Of a DNA stretch of 64,000 nucleotides, positions 38,468 through 51,780 are shown piece by piece. The notes under the pieces were generated by a model. It saw nothing but the letters and a program-made list of their open reading frames with translations, was not told the origin of the DNA and ran no database searches. The DNA lies in the NCBI GenBank assembly GCA_030704615.1, contig CM060734.1, positions 16,058,001 to 16,122,000 on the forward strand. Direction: 5' to 3'. The translations under genes were made by a program, and so were the position numbers. The stretch comes from Takakia lepidozioides (lineage: Eukaryota > Plantae > Bryophyta). The number at the start of each line of letters is the position of its first letter. The stretch's first letter is position 1.

Positions 38468-40173
38468 CTATTGACGCCTCAAATCAATCAAAAAATAAAA
38501 GTAGTCAGCAGCAACAAGAGGGGCATATGGCGATTGCATGCGGGGCCACATGGCATTTGCATGCAGTCCACAGAGATGATGTTCTAGAACCTTTTGGATG
38601 GGTGTTTGTATGAATGAACGGCAGAGAGAGAAGACAAGGTCGGGAGGGCAGCTGTATTGCAGCGTGAGGTTGCTTTGGGGATGTGATGTGCCCAACTGGT
38701 TTTGATGCTCCAATTCCTGTGGATATAAGCTGTACACCAGGTGGCACTTCACTGAATTTTATAAATCAATCCAATGTATAACGGTCTGCGGAATGCAGAG
38801 ATTTTGATTATGTGACTTTGGATGCAGAGATTCTGATTATGTGACTTTGTTTCACATCGATCTATGTCCGTTTGTATGCAAAATCACCTTTCAGTCTTGG
38901 TTGGTTGTGATAGCTTCTTGCTGTCAATACATCAGCTGTGATTGTTGGAAGATCATGAGGCATACATGACTGCAACAAAATGCAGCTGCTGGCTTGTCTA
39001 GAAGAATATTTTGTGATGCAACAGTTTCAAGAAAATCTATTCAATCCGCATTTGAGGAGCAAAATCTTGGTTATGATGAGACTTAGTATTTGGAAAGACT
39101 TCATGTCCCTCACTCTTCCTTTTCCCGGTTTCAATGGCATGCACCAACTCATGGGGTGACAACTTGCAGGCAGGATGTTCGGACATTACCCTATAACTGT
39201 CCCTAGAGAAAAAGTGCATCTAAGAAAATGTGAACTAAGATCCAAAATCATCACTACTATACTCAACAAATGGTCTCTGGCAGCAGCCAAATCACTGCTG
39301 GGATGATAAATCATCCAAATAAAGACGTGGAGCCAATAAAACAAAGCATGTGGATTTGGCTGCAGCTTGCCCTCCATTGTCACCAAAACATCTCCTTGCT
39401 TGAAATGCAACACCCGGCGAATTGGGCGTGGTTGGACAATTATAGGCAATAGTCTTGCCCATTGCCTCAAGTCACGGTCAGCTAGAACCACAAACCTTAC
39501 AAACAGAAGATGAAATAGTCAAATGCAAGATCATGTGCCATCATCCCATGGTTTGAACATGGGCATCTTTTGAATGTGAGAAAGTCTAACTTTTTGATAA
39601 TGACTCCACCTTTATTTGCAGCTATACACTTTACGGAAGCATACATACATGCCAGCAATGGACTTATTCGCCAAATGTTCTTTACAGGTTTACAGTGAGG
39701 TGCTCTGCCATGCTTGACACATCAAAGCATGTTTGCTTCATGCCTCATCCCTACCTTCATGGCCTTTCTTAAGATTATTTAGCTGTGGCCCTTTCGTTAC
39801 AGCACTACCCTGAACCCGCAACCCCCATGCAGCCCTCAGAATTAGAGAGGCATAGCATCAAAAAGTGCGTGGAGCGACAACCCATTATTAACTCACTGTT
39901 CCCTTCACTGCCATACATGCCCAACCACCATACATCCCCAATTAACCTAATCAAAAGGCATCCACAGGAAGCACTCGAACTCTATTTTGGATTCCGTCCC
40001 CACTGCATCTGCAACATCATGTATGACTCCTCAAACATATTCAACTGATCCACTTGAGGCACAGCAACAAGTCATGATGGAGGAGACTACCGTCACAAAC
40101 TCTTCCCTTTGGAGCTCTACCACCTTGAGCCACAAGTCAACTGTAACTTTACTGAGGCTTGCCTGCATATCAG

Positions 40174-42556
40174 CTAAGTCACACCTCGTACCTTTGCAAG
40201 CACATCCTCGCATGCTTTCTCACTGGCAGGCTGCGGAGCAACCCTGCTGGAGCTGGCGGTCACACTCCCTGCATACACCGTTGGATCGATGCTACTTGTT
40301 GAACCACCTGAGCCTGATCTACTAGGGTCGGGAAGCGGAGGGTAACCCACCAAGGGCAGGTCGGAGGCTGACGGTGAGTCATGTTGTTTGTCAGCTGACT
40401 CGAGCGACATGCGTTCCAAGACACGCACCACGCCTGCACTTACTTCGCGGGCTTGTGCCCCCAAATCTGCCATGGTCCCATTCCGCATCCGTAACCTTTC
40501 TCTAAACCCTCTTGTGCTCTTGGTCAAGGACTCCTTGTACCTGGCATTAGTAGAACCGGCACCTCTGTTGTTAGGGTCTCCCCTCTGCATAGAGAACAAT
40601 CCAATATGGCTTGCACCAGGACACATGCTAGGGCTAAGAAACACACCTCGAGGATGCTGCAACTAAGCGAGATTTGAATAATTCTGAAAATGAGTGAAGC
40701 TCCGATGATGAAGTTCTGTGTTGGTTCTCTTCAGGCTCAAGGACTGCTCTCTGCCTGCTTCCCATACAGTCATAGCTTACCAGTGGTTAACAGTCAATGA
40801 CAGGAATCTGGAATCTGGAACGTAGTCACATGAGAGAAATGAAAGCAGCCCCCTTTTCACTAAAGACAATCCAGAGTGTCTTACAGGCTTCAAACAACAA
40901 TGCTAGTACAAGCTACCAAAAGGGAAACCTTTCTATCTCACAGATAGACAGGAACAGCATGACCTGAGAGAATAGGAATCGAGCGCGTTACTGTCACTGG
41001 CACCAACAGAGTGTGAGGTTAACGTGGCAGCGGGTGCCTCATTAGTCGAATGTGCTACCAGCGAAGGTGCAACGGGCATGCTGGTTGCTGGCGTCGATGC
41101 TGCACTTGCCTGGGTACTGGGCACCAACACAAAGAGTGGATGTCCCTGAGCAGTTGAGGAAGATCGGAAGCGAATTGGGTCCCGTCTGGCCAGCTGATGA
41201 GCTCTGCCGATGGCAGCAGCTGCAAGGTGCTGCATGATGCAGTCTTCATCCCCATAGGATGCAAACTGTATGTTCCCACAACAAGCCAGCTCCTATCTCA
41301 GTAATTTCTCTGATACCAGAACTACCCACAAAAGCACACGTGACAACTTGTTACTGACACGCACTTGTATGGTTGCAGTCTTACCCGGTGGAACTCGTAA
41401 TCCTCTATGGGGGATCTTTGGTATACGGAAGAAGCCTGGATCTTATTCCGTCGTGATGCGCGTTCATGCTCCACAGCAGTAAGCAGCTCTTGACTGATCC
41501 AGACCAAGAAATTGTTAGCAGCCTGATCTCAAGTGCTGCTTCTCCATGCCCAAACGAAGTGTCTGTTTTATACAGTATAGCTGCCCTAGAGGACACTACA
41601 GTCACAATACCTGTCAGGATCCTTTAAGCTGAGGGGCTGCCAGCACATGGGACATTCTTTGCTCCTCTGCGACCTGGTAACCACAATGCCACATTTCCAT
41701 CAACACCTGGAATAAGATGTCATCAACCAACCATGATTGAGATGAAGTGCTTCCGCTTTCTAAGAGCAGAAGCAAAGCTAGTGAAATATCCAACCGAGAA
41801 AGTCACACTCATCACATGGAATGTATACAAACTACTTCTGGGAAAAAATAAAATTAGACGAGAATTACTGGAGATTAGCACACTGAGCACAGCAGCAGAA
41901 TGTGAATTACCACTCCAAGATGCATTGCAAGTGGTATTCATGCTTGCAAGTTGTGACCTGCTTCCACCAGACCGTCAGTAAGGAGCCTCCCCAACCTCAG
42001 ATAACCATAACCACCTCTAAACTACCCCATAAGTTCCCCAGCTCCAGGACAAGTAAGAGACACCACCGTTTAGTTGATAAAAAGGTTAACTTCTGACCCA
42101 CATCTATGTTCCCGACGACCTCGAGGAAGTGCAAAGCCTAGTCTGGAACTCACCCAACATCATCACAACGGCATTGACATAATCACCTACAAGAGCAACA
42201 AAATACTTCCTTCAGATGCCAAGCGAAGGGCCCCTCTACAACATCTGAGGTTGAAATCGGAGGGCTCTCCTAAACTCTGGCGTGTGAAGCCAGATGTTGA
42301 CTTCAAAAGAGGAGCTGGTCTCCTGATTGAGATCACATATTGGATCACAATTCATTCAAAGACCCTCTTCGATTGCTGAAGTCACAAGGAAATAACAGAG
42401 AAAGCAAGGACGAGAGGCGCGGCCTACAGCAGCAGGGTCATCGTCACAGAAGGACTCCAGACAGATACTGCAGGCATCGTCACACGCATCCTGCGCACCA
42501 CCCTCCACAAAAGCTACTGCCGATGTCATCGACCCTCCCACTTCATCGCTCGTCAT
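40174..42556 (-). CDS. RHF2A: RING-H2 E3 ubiquitin ligase, RHF2A/RHF1A-like (multi-exon, 3' end uncertain)
   Basis: Exons give AFVEGGAQDACDDACSICLESFCDDDPAA|VTTCKHEYHLQCILEW|SQRSKECPMCWQPLSLKDPD|SQELL..IMQHLAAAA..SELHSFSE..RYKESLTKSTRG..REVSAG with GT-AG junctions. Confidence 0.9.
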
Positions 42557-44519
42557 CAAGGAACCCCCGCCTCAGCTTGGCGTGCAATTCCTCGCCCCGC
42601 CCAACCTCCCAATTCCCAACTCTCGCCAGCAATTCAACCACAACCCACTGATCTAACGCCCAATTCCGATGCAGCGTCTGCCTCTCTCTCCGCCTCCTCT
42701 CTCTGTCCCCTGCTCCTCTGAGAACGTCGTCTCTCTGCAACCACACTGCACGCGCGCACAGTCCCTGTGCGTTGGGGATGGAGCAATTCTACGCGGACCC
42801 CCGCCCTCACCGGCCTGCCCGGTCACCTCCGTCCGCCCCAACTGATTTTCTCTCTGAACCCGCCCTCAATCATCCACGCTTCATCCATCCACCTGGGCCT
42901 CCAAAGACGAAGATTGGTGCGAACGTTATGGGATATATGATCCACTCGTCCCTCGTTCGTTAAGGATTTTTGAGGCAGATTATGCCATTTTAGAGGCAAA
43001 TTAAATAGCAGAATGCGCCGGCGGCGCATAATGAGTCAGCATAACTCGTCAGTTTGACTTTATTAGGATCCGCAGCCTCTGATTGGCTCTAGGGGCCCAT
43101 AATCTGCCCCAACACTCCTTAACGCTCAGGAATGGGGGCGCCGCGAATCTGCGGGCTCGCCCCTGGCTCGCCAGGCAGCTTACCCGCAGATTCGCCAGCG
43201 GCGCGCCCATTCCCTAATACGTTACCATCCGGGGCTGCATATTCTGCAGGTTTAGGGCTGAATTATGTGGCAGTATCGGCCTTCCAAACCTCACTGCCGA
43301 TTCAGCAACGTGATCTGACCTGGACGGCAGATTCTGCACGTAAACGTATACGGATACGTATGTGCATAGTATATGCAGCCCCGTATGGTAACGCCAGGGA
43401 GCGGGCCCTGGTCTGCCCTCCGGGCTCGCCCTTAGGGCTCGCCCTTAGGGCCTCGCGGGGAGGCCAGAATCGGCAGACCACGGCCCGCTCCCTAGTTACA
43501 TTAGTCCCTCCACACCCAATTATTCCCGTCATGCTCTCCCTTCAATTGGACGCTTCCTTTTCTTTTTCTTTTTTCTCTTCTTAAACTTTTAAGGAAAGAG
43601 GGACGGTGGCCTCATTTAAACGTAAAGAACTGCCCAGAATTTTCCTATATGATTCAAGGTCCCTCCCTGACAGGAATATGCCTCGAAATACTCCGGCTCA
43701 AATTAGAGGAACATTCTGCAGATTGGATGAAAATTCTGAGCCGTTCTTCACGTTCGGGAATGCTTGCGGGCAGGGGCCTTCCCCTACACTTTATAGCAGA
43801 GGACAAAATAGCTCGCAAAATACATAGGAAGAGTCTGGTGGAAAAAATAACCACCAATGGGGCCGTAGAGGCTTATTATGGGGAAACCACCCCGTAACAT
43901 AGATACTAATCCATCAGGCTTCTTTTCTTTGTCAGCCCTGCAAATCCATCAATTATTTTTACTTAAACTACAATTTTTGTTTTTTCTTTAAACAACATGG
44001 GACAGAGGCCCTGATAACTTTTATTAATAAGATAAAAAGAGGATACAAATAACCAAAAAATAACCTTGCAGGGAAGCCATGAGACCAACAAGGAGGCACT
44101 GCTCAGTAACCAGAGTTCAAGAGGCAGATTCTGTCAGAAAAACTAAGGGAGAACAAGAAGGTAAGCCTATCACTTTTTCTTGGAAGGCTTGACAGAAAGA
44201 TGAATTCTAGATCTAGTCTTTTTGAAGCTGCGCTGATGGCGCCAAATAACCTTCTGCTCTTCACCTTCAGCAGGGGAGAATCTCACACTATTGGAGCTCC
44301 AAGCCTGCCGGGAGGGTGTTGCTCCACGTAACTCGAAGCTCGGCAACTCTGGTGCAGAAGAAGCCTCCATTTCCCCAAGTTGCGTCAAAGCTAGTAAGTG
44401 ACAGCTGTCGTTTGTCTTCTGACCATCTGTGAAAAGTTACGCATAAAACCTCCCACCCTTTCCGAGCTTTAGACTGTAAGTCTAATGGATGCTGGATTGA
44501 TGACCAGCAGACCATAGGA

Positions 44520-45674
44520 CTGCTTGCGGTGGATGCAGGTGCAGGTGCAGGTTTATGTTACGAACCTAGTAGTCTAAGCCATAAGCCGCAACAAGTTCTC
44601 TACCCGGTTACCTTGTAGAAAGGGGGATTAGAGACAGGTTTACAATAGGTGTGGTTGTGAGATTTCATCACGGAGGTGCCACCAGTTGCTGAAGGGAGTG
44701 CCGGTACGAGCATTAGCGATACTAGTGGGTACACGAGATGAGATGTGCGGTTTAGGCCACCTTCACCTTCTGTGTCTTCTAAGGAGGATTTTGATTCAGA
44801 CTCTGAGGGATCCACGCTACAGATGCAAGCTATTTCCGTGCCATTGTTGTGGGATATGATGGAGGAGATGTATGGAGCTACCAAGGGGCCTCGTAGGTAG
44901 TTTGGAGCTGTGGGCACCATCAAGCTTGATGATTTTATACAAGAGTTTAATAGTTGGTACGATTTGCAGCAGATGCGCAATCCACAACTGTTTACGCTTT
45001 TTATGGCGTGGAAGGGGCTAATCCAGCACCTTGAGGGGCCGCCCATGGACGACTACCATGAATTTAGACAGGGAAATGAGGTGGAGATTGAGGAGTGACG
45101 ACAATATTGGTCACCTGACTATGTCTCCATCACTAGAGGCACAGTGGCAAGATCCACGGCAACCACGGCAGTAGCTACACCAGCGGCTTCTGCAAGCAGC
45201 AGTAGAACAAGTGGGTCAGGATCAGCTGGGACATCCACTGCAGCTCCTGCCATTGCACCAACACTTGTACCTGCTTTCAACCCGATTGTGGAGTTCTTCC
45301 AAGAGTTGAGAAGGAACTACCAGGGGGTGAGAACAGAGAAGTTGCGGAGCTTGCAAGAGTTTCGTCGAAAGCCTACTGAGAGTTTGAGGGAAACTTACAC
45401 TCGCATGAGGCGCTTGATAAGTGTAACCCAAGGGGTTACGGAAGCTCAGGCAGTCCAATTCTGGTATGGGATATTGGATAAAGAGCTGAGGAGAAGGGTG
45501 CGGGATGCAACTCTCCTACAAGTGGCCCAATCCACCTTAGCAAATGTGTTTTTGCTGGCAGAGCAGATAAAGCTCAATATGGTGGAGAAGCGGGTGGTTA
45601 TGGTGGGGTTTGACAAGGAGATACAACGAAGTGAGGCTCTTAGCCAACAACAACCAACTCCCCAACGTGCTCAA
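44520..45674 (+). mobile_element. gag 5' part of split-repeat gypsy, subfamily 2
   Basis: Homologous to 21298-21960 plus 19269-19752. Breaks at QRAQ and continues at 50454 on the minus strand. Confidence 0.9.
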
Positions 45675-48197
45675 AAGCTTGCACGGTGGGCACTCATCCT
45701 TCAAGAGTATGACTTTCAGGTTGTGCATCGACCGGGTTTGGTCAATCGGGATGCAGATGGGTTGAGTCGCAATCCATGCACGAGCGAGTAGGATGACACT
45801 GGAGCTCGGTGGCATGGTGAGACGGACGAGGAGATGGTGCCCGGATGACATGCATCTGCATTTCTGTGTATCTTGGCAGCGGAAGGCCAGGTTGGACCTG
45901 CAACAGGGATGACTGTAGATCAAGTGTCTGAGGACCCTGAGGCCAGCAATGAGCAAGGTGGCGCCAAAGATATACATGATGATTCAGCTGTGTTGGACTA
46001 TCTCCGCACTGGAGACACGGCAGCCACTGTGACTGCCAAGGAGAGGGATCGGATCCTACAATGAGCCAAGAGGTTCAAGTGGGAGGGGACACACCTTCTC
46101 CGAGTGTGGGAAGATGGTCGAGTGAGGATTGTGCCTCACCCAACCTAGCGGGCACGGTTAGTGCGGCATGCCCATGAGAAGTTGGGGCATTTTGGGGTGC
46201 GACGCACTCATAGTCTACTGCAGGGGCAGTATTGGTGGCGTGGTATGCACACAGAGGTGCAACAATTTGTGGCTAGGTGCATGGTGTGTGACAGGGTGCG
46301 TGCTTCATTCAACGCCCATACTCCACAATTGCACCCTCTTCCGATCATGGGATTGGGCTACAGGTGGAGTCTTGACTTCGCAGGGCCGTTGCCACTGACC
46401 ATGCGCCACAACAAGTATGTGTTGGTGATGGTGGAGCACTTCTCCAAGTGGATCGAATTGGTTCCATTGCCTGATAAGGCTAGTGAGGGAGCTGCATATG
46501 CATTCTTGGATTGTGTACTTAGCCGATTCGGTGCTCCAGCTGAGGTACTCACGGACCAAGGGAGAGAGTTCTTGGGGGAGTTTCAGGGTTGTGTGACAAG
46601 GCCTTGGTAGACCACCACACCACTTCTCGGGATCATCCTGAGGCCGATGGCTTGGCAGAGAGGGTTGTTCAGACAGTGAAGAGGGGTTTGCGCAAGTATG
46701 GCTTGCAGAAGGAACACCTAGGAGATTGGGACCTTCAGTTACCTTGGTTAGCCATGGGCTACAGGTTCAGCAAGCAAGCATCACTTGCCTCCTTCTCACC
46801 ATATTTTCTTCTCTTTGGCGGAGAGCCGGATTTGCCTGCATCCATTCGTAGAGAAACTGCTACAGTGTTCAACCTTGACGATCCGGACATGTGGGCACGT
46901 GCATGTGATCAGCGTGCAGAGTTGTTCAAGAAAGTCATGCCCATGGCTTTCGAGAACCTTGCCATTGCACAACATCGTGATACGTTGAGGTATGCTACCA
47001 TATGTGGTGGGGGCTATCGTCCTGGGGTTCGGAGATTTAACCCTGGTGACTATGTTTATCTGCAGCAGACTGCTCCTACGACCTTGGATGTGACTGCATG
47101 ACGTACTATTTTGAGGGTTCGAGAGGTGTTGCCCTCAGGAGTCCTGATCTTGGAGGGTCGGGATGGCATGATTTGGAAGGACCATGTGCGTAATTGCGCG
47201 CCATGTCACCTTCCAAATGTTGATGGAAGGGTTGACCCAAACCTGGCAATGGTACCTGTAAGTTTGAGGTGCATGTTGTGTGGGTCTGCTAGAGGGACAG
47301 CCACCATGCTGGAGTGTGATCAATGCTCTAGAGGTTGGCATATGGGATGCTTGACTCCACCTCTTGAGATGGTTCCTGATGGGGATTGGTTATGTCCGCA
47401 TTGCATTGGATAGTGGGAGTGGATACAACCATGGAATGCTAACAAGAAATACAAGGCCAAGCTACTAGAAGACCTTGAACACTCGAGATCCTGGCTCAAG
47501 TTCACATATTGCAAGACGGCGACTAACGATGGGGCTACTCTTATACTCGGCCTCTTGGTCTATAGAGTTTGAGTACAATAGGGACAGTGATAAAGGACTT
47601 AGTACGGCTGTGGCTATTACATCTTGTAGCTATCTGGAGTTAGAGAGACCTATCCACCAGCTAGGGGGGCGATTGTGGCAGACTACTTTATTGTCCATAT
47701 ATGTGTGGTGTAGTTTGGACAGCGATGTAGTTGTATAGCGATACGTATGCACACGACAGCTGTCAAGTTAAATAAACACAGTGTGAAACTAACTAGAATA
47801 AAGCTAGTTATTTGTATTTAACACTTGGATTTAGTTCAAGTGTTAAGTCAGGTGTCAAGTTTAGCTTGACACCTGAACCATCTTATCTTCACGAGAGCGT
47901 CAGTCATGCGGCTCATCTCTCTCGAGTTGAGCCTGCACGACCGAGCTCTTTCACTGCTTAGAATCTGAGTGTGCTTATGAAGGGAGAATAGGATGTTGTG
48001 GGGTGGAGTCCCCACAGCTTGGGGTGCCCCTGGCTCGACTCTTAGTTTAACGAGTGATGGTGTTGTATTTCATGTTCTTGTGTCAACAGTGTGATTTTAG
48101 TTCTCTTATCATTGTGGCAGACTACTTTATTGTCCATATATGTGTGGTGTAGTTTGGACAGCGATGTAGTTGTGTAGCGATACGTATGCGCACGACA
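45675..48197 (+). mobile_element. 3' half of DNMT-gypsy element (inverted): RNase H end, integrase, PHD, PPT, Y1-GC-X2-Y2
   Basis: KLARWALILQEYDF; HEKLGH..CMVC; SLDFAGP, TDQGREF, GLAER; PHD at 47270-47405; terminus CACGACA at 48197. Confidence 0.92.
47661..48197 (+). repeat. PPT (47661-47673), Y1 (47674-47758), GC, X2 (47761-48111), Y2 (48113-48197)
   Basis: Y1 and Y2 are 85-bp direct repeats. X2 is the reverse complement of 58651-59001. Confidence 0.92.
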
Positions 48198-48573
48198 TGT
48201 ATTTCTCCACAACACCTTTATCAACATCTATGTTAAATGTGGGAGCATTGTGGATGCACACCAAGTGTTCAGTGAAATGACTGAACGAGGTTTGATCTCG
48301 TGTAATATAATGATGGCAGACTTTACCAAACATCGGTGTGGTAATAATGCTTTGGAGACATACGAGCAAATGATGCAAGAAGGGGTGAAGCCCAACCACA
48401 TCACGTTTGCTTCTGTTTCCAATGCGTGTGCAAGACTGACAGCCCTAGAAAAGGGCAAAGAGGTCCATGGTGAAATCACCAAAGCGGAAATTGTACCAGA
48501 TGTCATTCTCAGCACTGCCCTTGCCAACATGTATGCCAAATGCGGCAGCATCGAAGATGCAAAGGGAATGTTT
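48198..48573 (+). pseudogene. PPR fragment (3' flank of the insertion)
   Basis: VFLHNTFINIYVKCGSIVDAHQVFSEM..ANMYAKCGSIEDAKGMF. Confidence 0.9.
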
Positions 48574-48900
48574 GGCAATAAAATCGGTGCCTTTATCAAT
48601 CGTCTCTTCAATTCATTAAAGGAGCATTGACACTCTCGCATCCATTGCGGCTCTGCGTCGTGCTTTAATAATTGTGTCAGAGGTAAAGCAATTTCAGCAT
48701 ATCGACGGATGAATCGGCGATAATAACCAACATATCTAATAAATGCCCGTATCTCCGTTACCGTAGTGGGAGTGGGTAATTGGATAATAATTTCAGCCTT
48801 AATGGGATCAGTCGATATACCGTGAATAGAGACAATATGGCCCAATAGCTTCCCCTTTGTAACCAAGAATTGGCATTTCCTGCATTCAAAGAGATTCCAT
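48574..48900 (-). mobile_element. Ty3/gypsy RT fragment of another family
   Basis: KCQF..LLGHIVS..VTEIRAFI..GYYRRFI..ALPLTQLLK..LIKAPIL. Confidence 0.85.
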
Positions 48901-48964
48901 ACTCTTGACATTTCTGGAAGCACAATCTGGCGCCTCTCTGATTTAAAATGCTTGGAATCTATCA

Positions 48965-49475
48965 ATGCACATAGTGAATGCTTTGGTGGTTGATCAGCAG
49001 AGTGGTTTCCTCTACAGTGGCTCGGCAGATGGTCAAGTGAAGGTTTGGGAACGAGGTTCTACAAGCCTTTCATTAGTGGCGGTCCTTGAAGCCCACAGTT
49101 CCTCCATTAATGCTCTGGCCCTTAGTCCGGATGGGTCGATTTTGTACTCTGGATCTAGTGACAAAACCATTAGGGTCTTGAAGAGAGATGAAACACCCAG
49201 CAAGAACATGAAACCTGTGGGAGTGCTTCAGGGCCACCGTCTGGCAATGCTCTGCTTAACTGCCCTAGGTAATTTGCTGATTAGTGGGTCTGCTGACAAG
49301 ACAGTACGCGTGTGGAGAAGAGGGGCTGATGGTCTTCATTCATGCGTCAATGCCATACAAGGATACAAAGGTCCCGTCAAGTGTCTGTGTGCGTCCACAG
49401 ATACTACTAGCACATGAACCATGGTGTACAGTGGGAGCATGGACGGTGAAATTCGAGTGTGGGTATTGTTGCCTC
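48965..49475 (+). pseudogene. WD40 repeat gene fragment (JINGUBANG-like), one internal stop
   Basis: LYSGSADGQVKVW, LYSGSSDKTIRV, ISGSADKTVRVW, VYSGSMDGEIRVW. Confidence 0.8.
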
Positions 49476-49718
49476 AAGACACAGACGATACTTCACAGGA
49501 TGAGTTCTTGAGTCCCCTAGAGAGCCCTGTGCTTCTCCTGGGTGGAAACACTCTGACACTTGAGAGAAGACAGAATTTTCCGTAGACTATGTCTACAACC
49601 AAGCATGTAGGCGTCTTGTTTTTATCTTCGGGAGAATGCACCACAGCTTTCTTCTGTCGGCATCCCCTACACATCCATCAGATTTGAGTAAAGGTTGGGA
49701 CTTGGATGAGCCGACACC

Positions 49719-50454
49719 TCGATGGTGTGGTTGGCACTATCTCGGCCAATGTGAGAGACTGGGGAAGCCTTGTCTGTCGACTTGCTTCCCTTCTCTGTGG
49801 ATCAAAATCCACATCCGCTCCCCTTGGCTCAAGAGCACGAGTTGCTGCTCGAGTGACAGCAGCTGCAGAGTCCACATGCAATGGTCTTGCAAGTGCGGCT
49901 CCACACATGAAGCCCATACCAATCCAGGGTCTTCCCTAGGCATAGGAGGTTGTGCAGGTGGAGCTTGAACCTCAGGCCTTGGAGCTGGCGCAACATGAGT
50001 AGTGGCCATGGCAGCAAGACGTTGCTCTAGCTGGGCAAGTCTATCCACCATGCCTTGGTCATGACCTTGACCCTGATCTTGTGCTCCTTGGTTTTGATTA
50101 CGACCTCCACCACGACCTCCACCACGACCTTTGCCTCCTCTACCTCTCTGGACTACATTGCCTCGTCCTCGTCCACCATTGTTCCCTTGGAACTGGCCTG
50201 GTCGTAGCTCAGGATGTAAGTCATAACAATGGGCCTCCTCATGCCCATACTTGCCACAATGCCCACACTGTAAGTGTGTAGGCTGTGCCTGTGTTGGCCC
50301 TTTGCCTCTCTCCGGGAAATCCTTCTTAACATGGGGTCCTCCACAATCCCAACTTGACACACTCGTCTGTTGCTGGCTTGAGAATGAAGGAAGAGACCTT
50401 TGCATCTGAGATCCTCTCTGACCTTCCCTGGGCTTCATCTGAGCCCCTTGTTGC
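49719..50454 (-). mobile_element. gag 3' fragment, subfamily 2 (continuation of 44520-45674 across the inversion)
   Basis: Homologous to 19754-20465. Zinc knuckle CGHCGKYGHEEAHC. Confidence 0.9.
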
Positions 50455-51780
50455 GTAAGCTTGTCTGACTCCATCAATCACTTGAGTGGTTGGTGATCCA
50501 TGACAAGGGTGAAGAGATTGCCGTATAGATAGCACCTGAAGTGTGCCACGGCCCACACTGCAGCTAAGCATTCTCCCTCATATGAGCTATACTTAGACTC
50601 TACAGTGTTGTTTGAGCGGCTAGCATAAACCATTACGAACTCTCTTCCCTCATCATCCACCTGTGTGAGCACCGCTCCAAGCCCCAGCATGCTCCAATTT
50701 GCATGCAGCTGAAAAGGACGCCCCCTGATAGGTCGTCTCAAGATGGGCGCCAAGGTCAACCTCGCCTTGAGCTCTTGAAAAGCTTGTTCTTGCTCATCTT
50801 CCCACTGCCACTCCTGGTCCACCTTGGTCAGTTTGGTTAGAGCCTTTGCAATGGCACTAAATCCCTTAACAAACCGTCTATAATAGTTTACTAACCCCAT
50901 GAAAGCTCGAACTCGGCTCACATCCGTGGGGCGTGGAATCTGTGCAATGGACTCTACCTTAGTCTGCTGTACCCCCAATCCTCCAGGATATATCATGTGA
51001 CCCAGATACTCAATTTTGTTGTGGAAAAACTTGCACTTCCCCGAATGTAACTTCAATCCGTGCGCCCTCAAGCGCTCAAATACCACCTGAAGGTGTCTCT
51101 CATGCTCCTCCACCGTAGCACTAAAGATGATGATGTCATCTATGTAGCACCGAGCAAATTCCATCCCTGCTAGAATCCTGTCCATGACTCTCTGAAACTC
51201 TGTAGGAGCGTTCTTAAGCCCAAATGGTAAGAACCGCCACTGGTATAGGCAATCCTTCCCGTGCTCATTGATCCCCCAGAATGTCGTTTTCTGCTTATCC
51301 GCCTCCTTGATCGGCAACTGGTGATATCCGGATCATAAATCCAAAGTGCTAAAGACCTTGGCATGCCCAATGGCATCAAAGATCTCATTTGGTGTCGGCA
51401 TGGCATACCTATCGGACTTGGTCTGATGATTTACAGGCCGGTAATCACCGCACATACGTCTCTCCGTCCAATTGCCATAGACATCCTTCTTGGCTGGCAT
51501 CACTGTGGCTGAAGCATACTCTCCTCCAGATAGCTCTACCAAACCAGCCTCCCAAAGGTCCTGAGTTCTCATCTGAATCGAGGACCTCTCCATGTCACTG
51601 TATCTATAGGGTCTCCGAAAGATTGGCATGTCAGTTGCCAATTCAATGCGAATCTCTTGACCCTTCAGTGCTCCTAAGTCCTTCAAACTGAAGGCAAAGC
51701 AGTTCCTGTAAGCCCTCAAGATATACGTCGTCTTTCTCCTCCGGTGACTATAGGTCCAACATCAGGCTCCCAGTTGTCCA
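50455..51780 (-). pseudogene. Reverse transcriptase and RNase H (Ty3/gypsy type)
   Basis: RRMCGDYRPVN, STLDL*SGYHQ, PFGLKNAP, YIDDIIIF, GLGAVLTQ, YSSYEGECLA, DHQPLK. Confidence 0.95.

Noticed and set aside
44520-48197. Internally deleted non-autonomous element (gag fused to integrase)
   Set aside because: The fusion point is an inversion breakpoint joining two different subfamilies.
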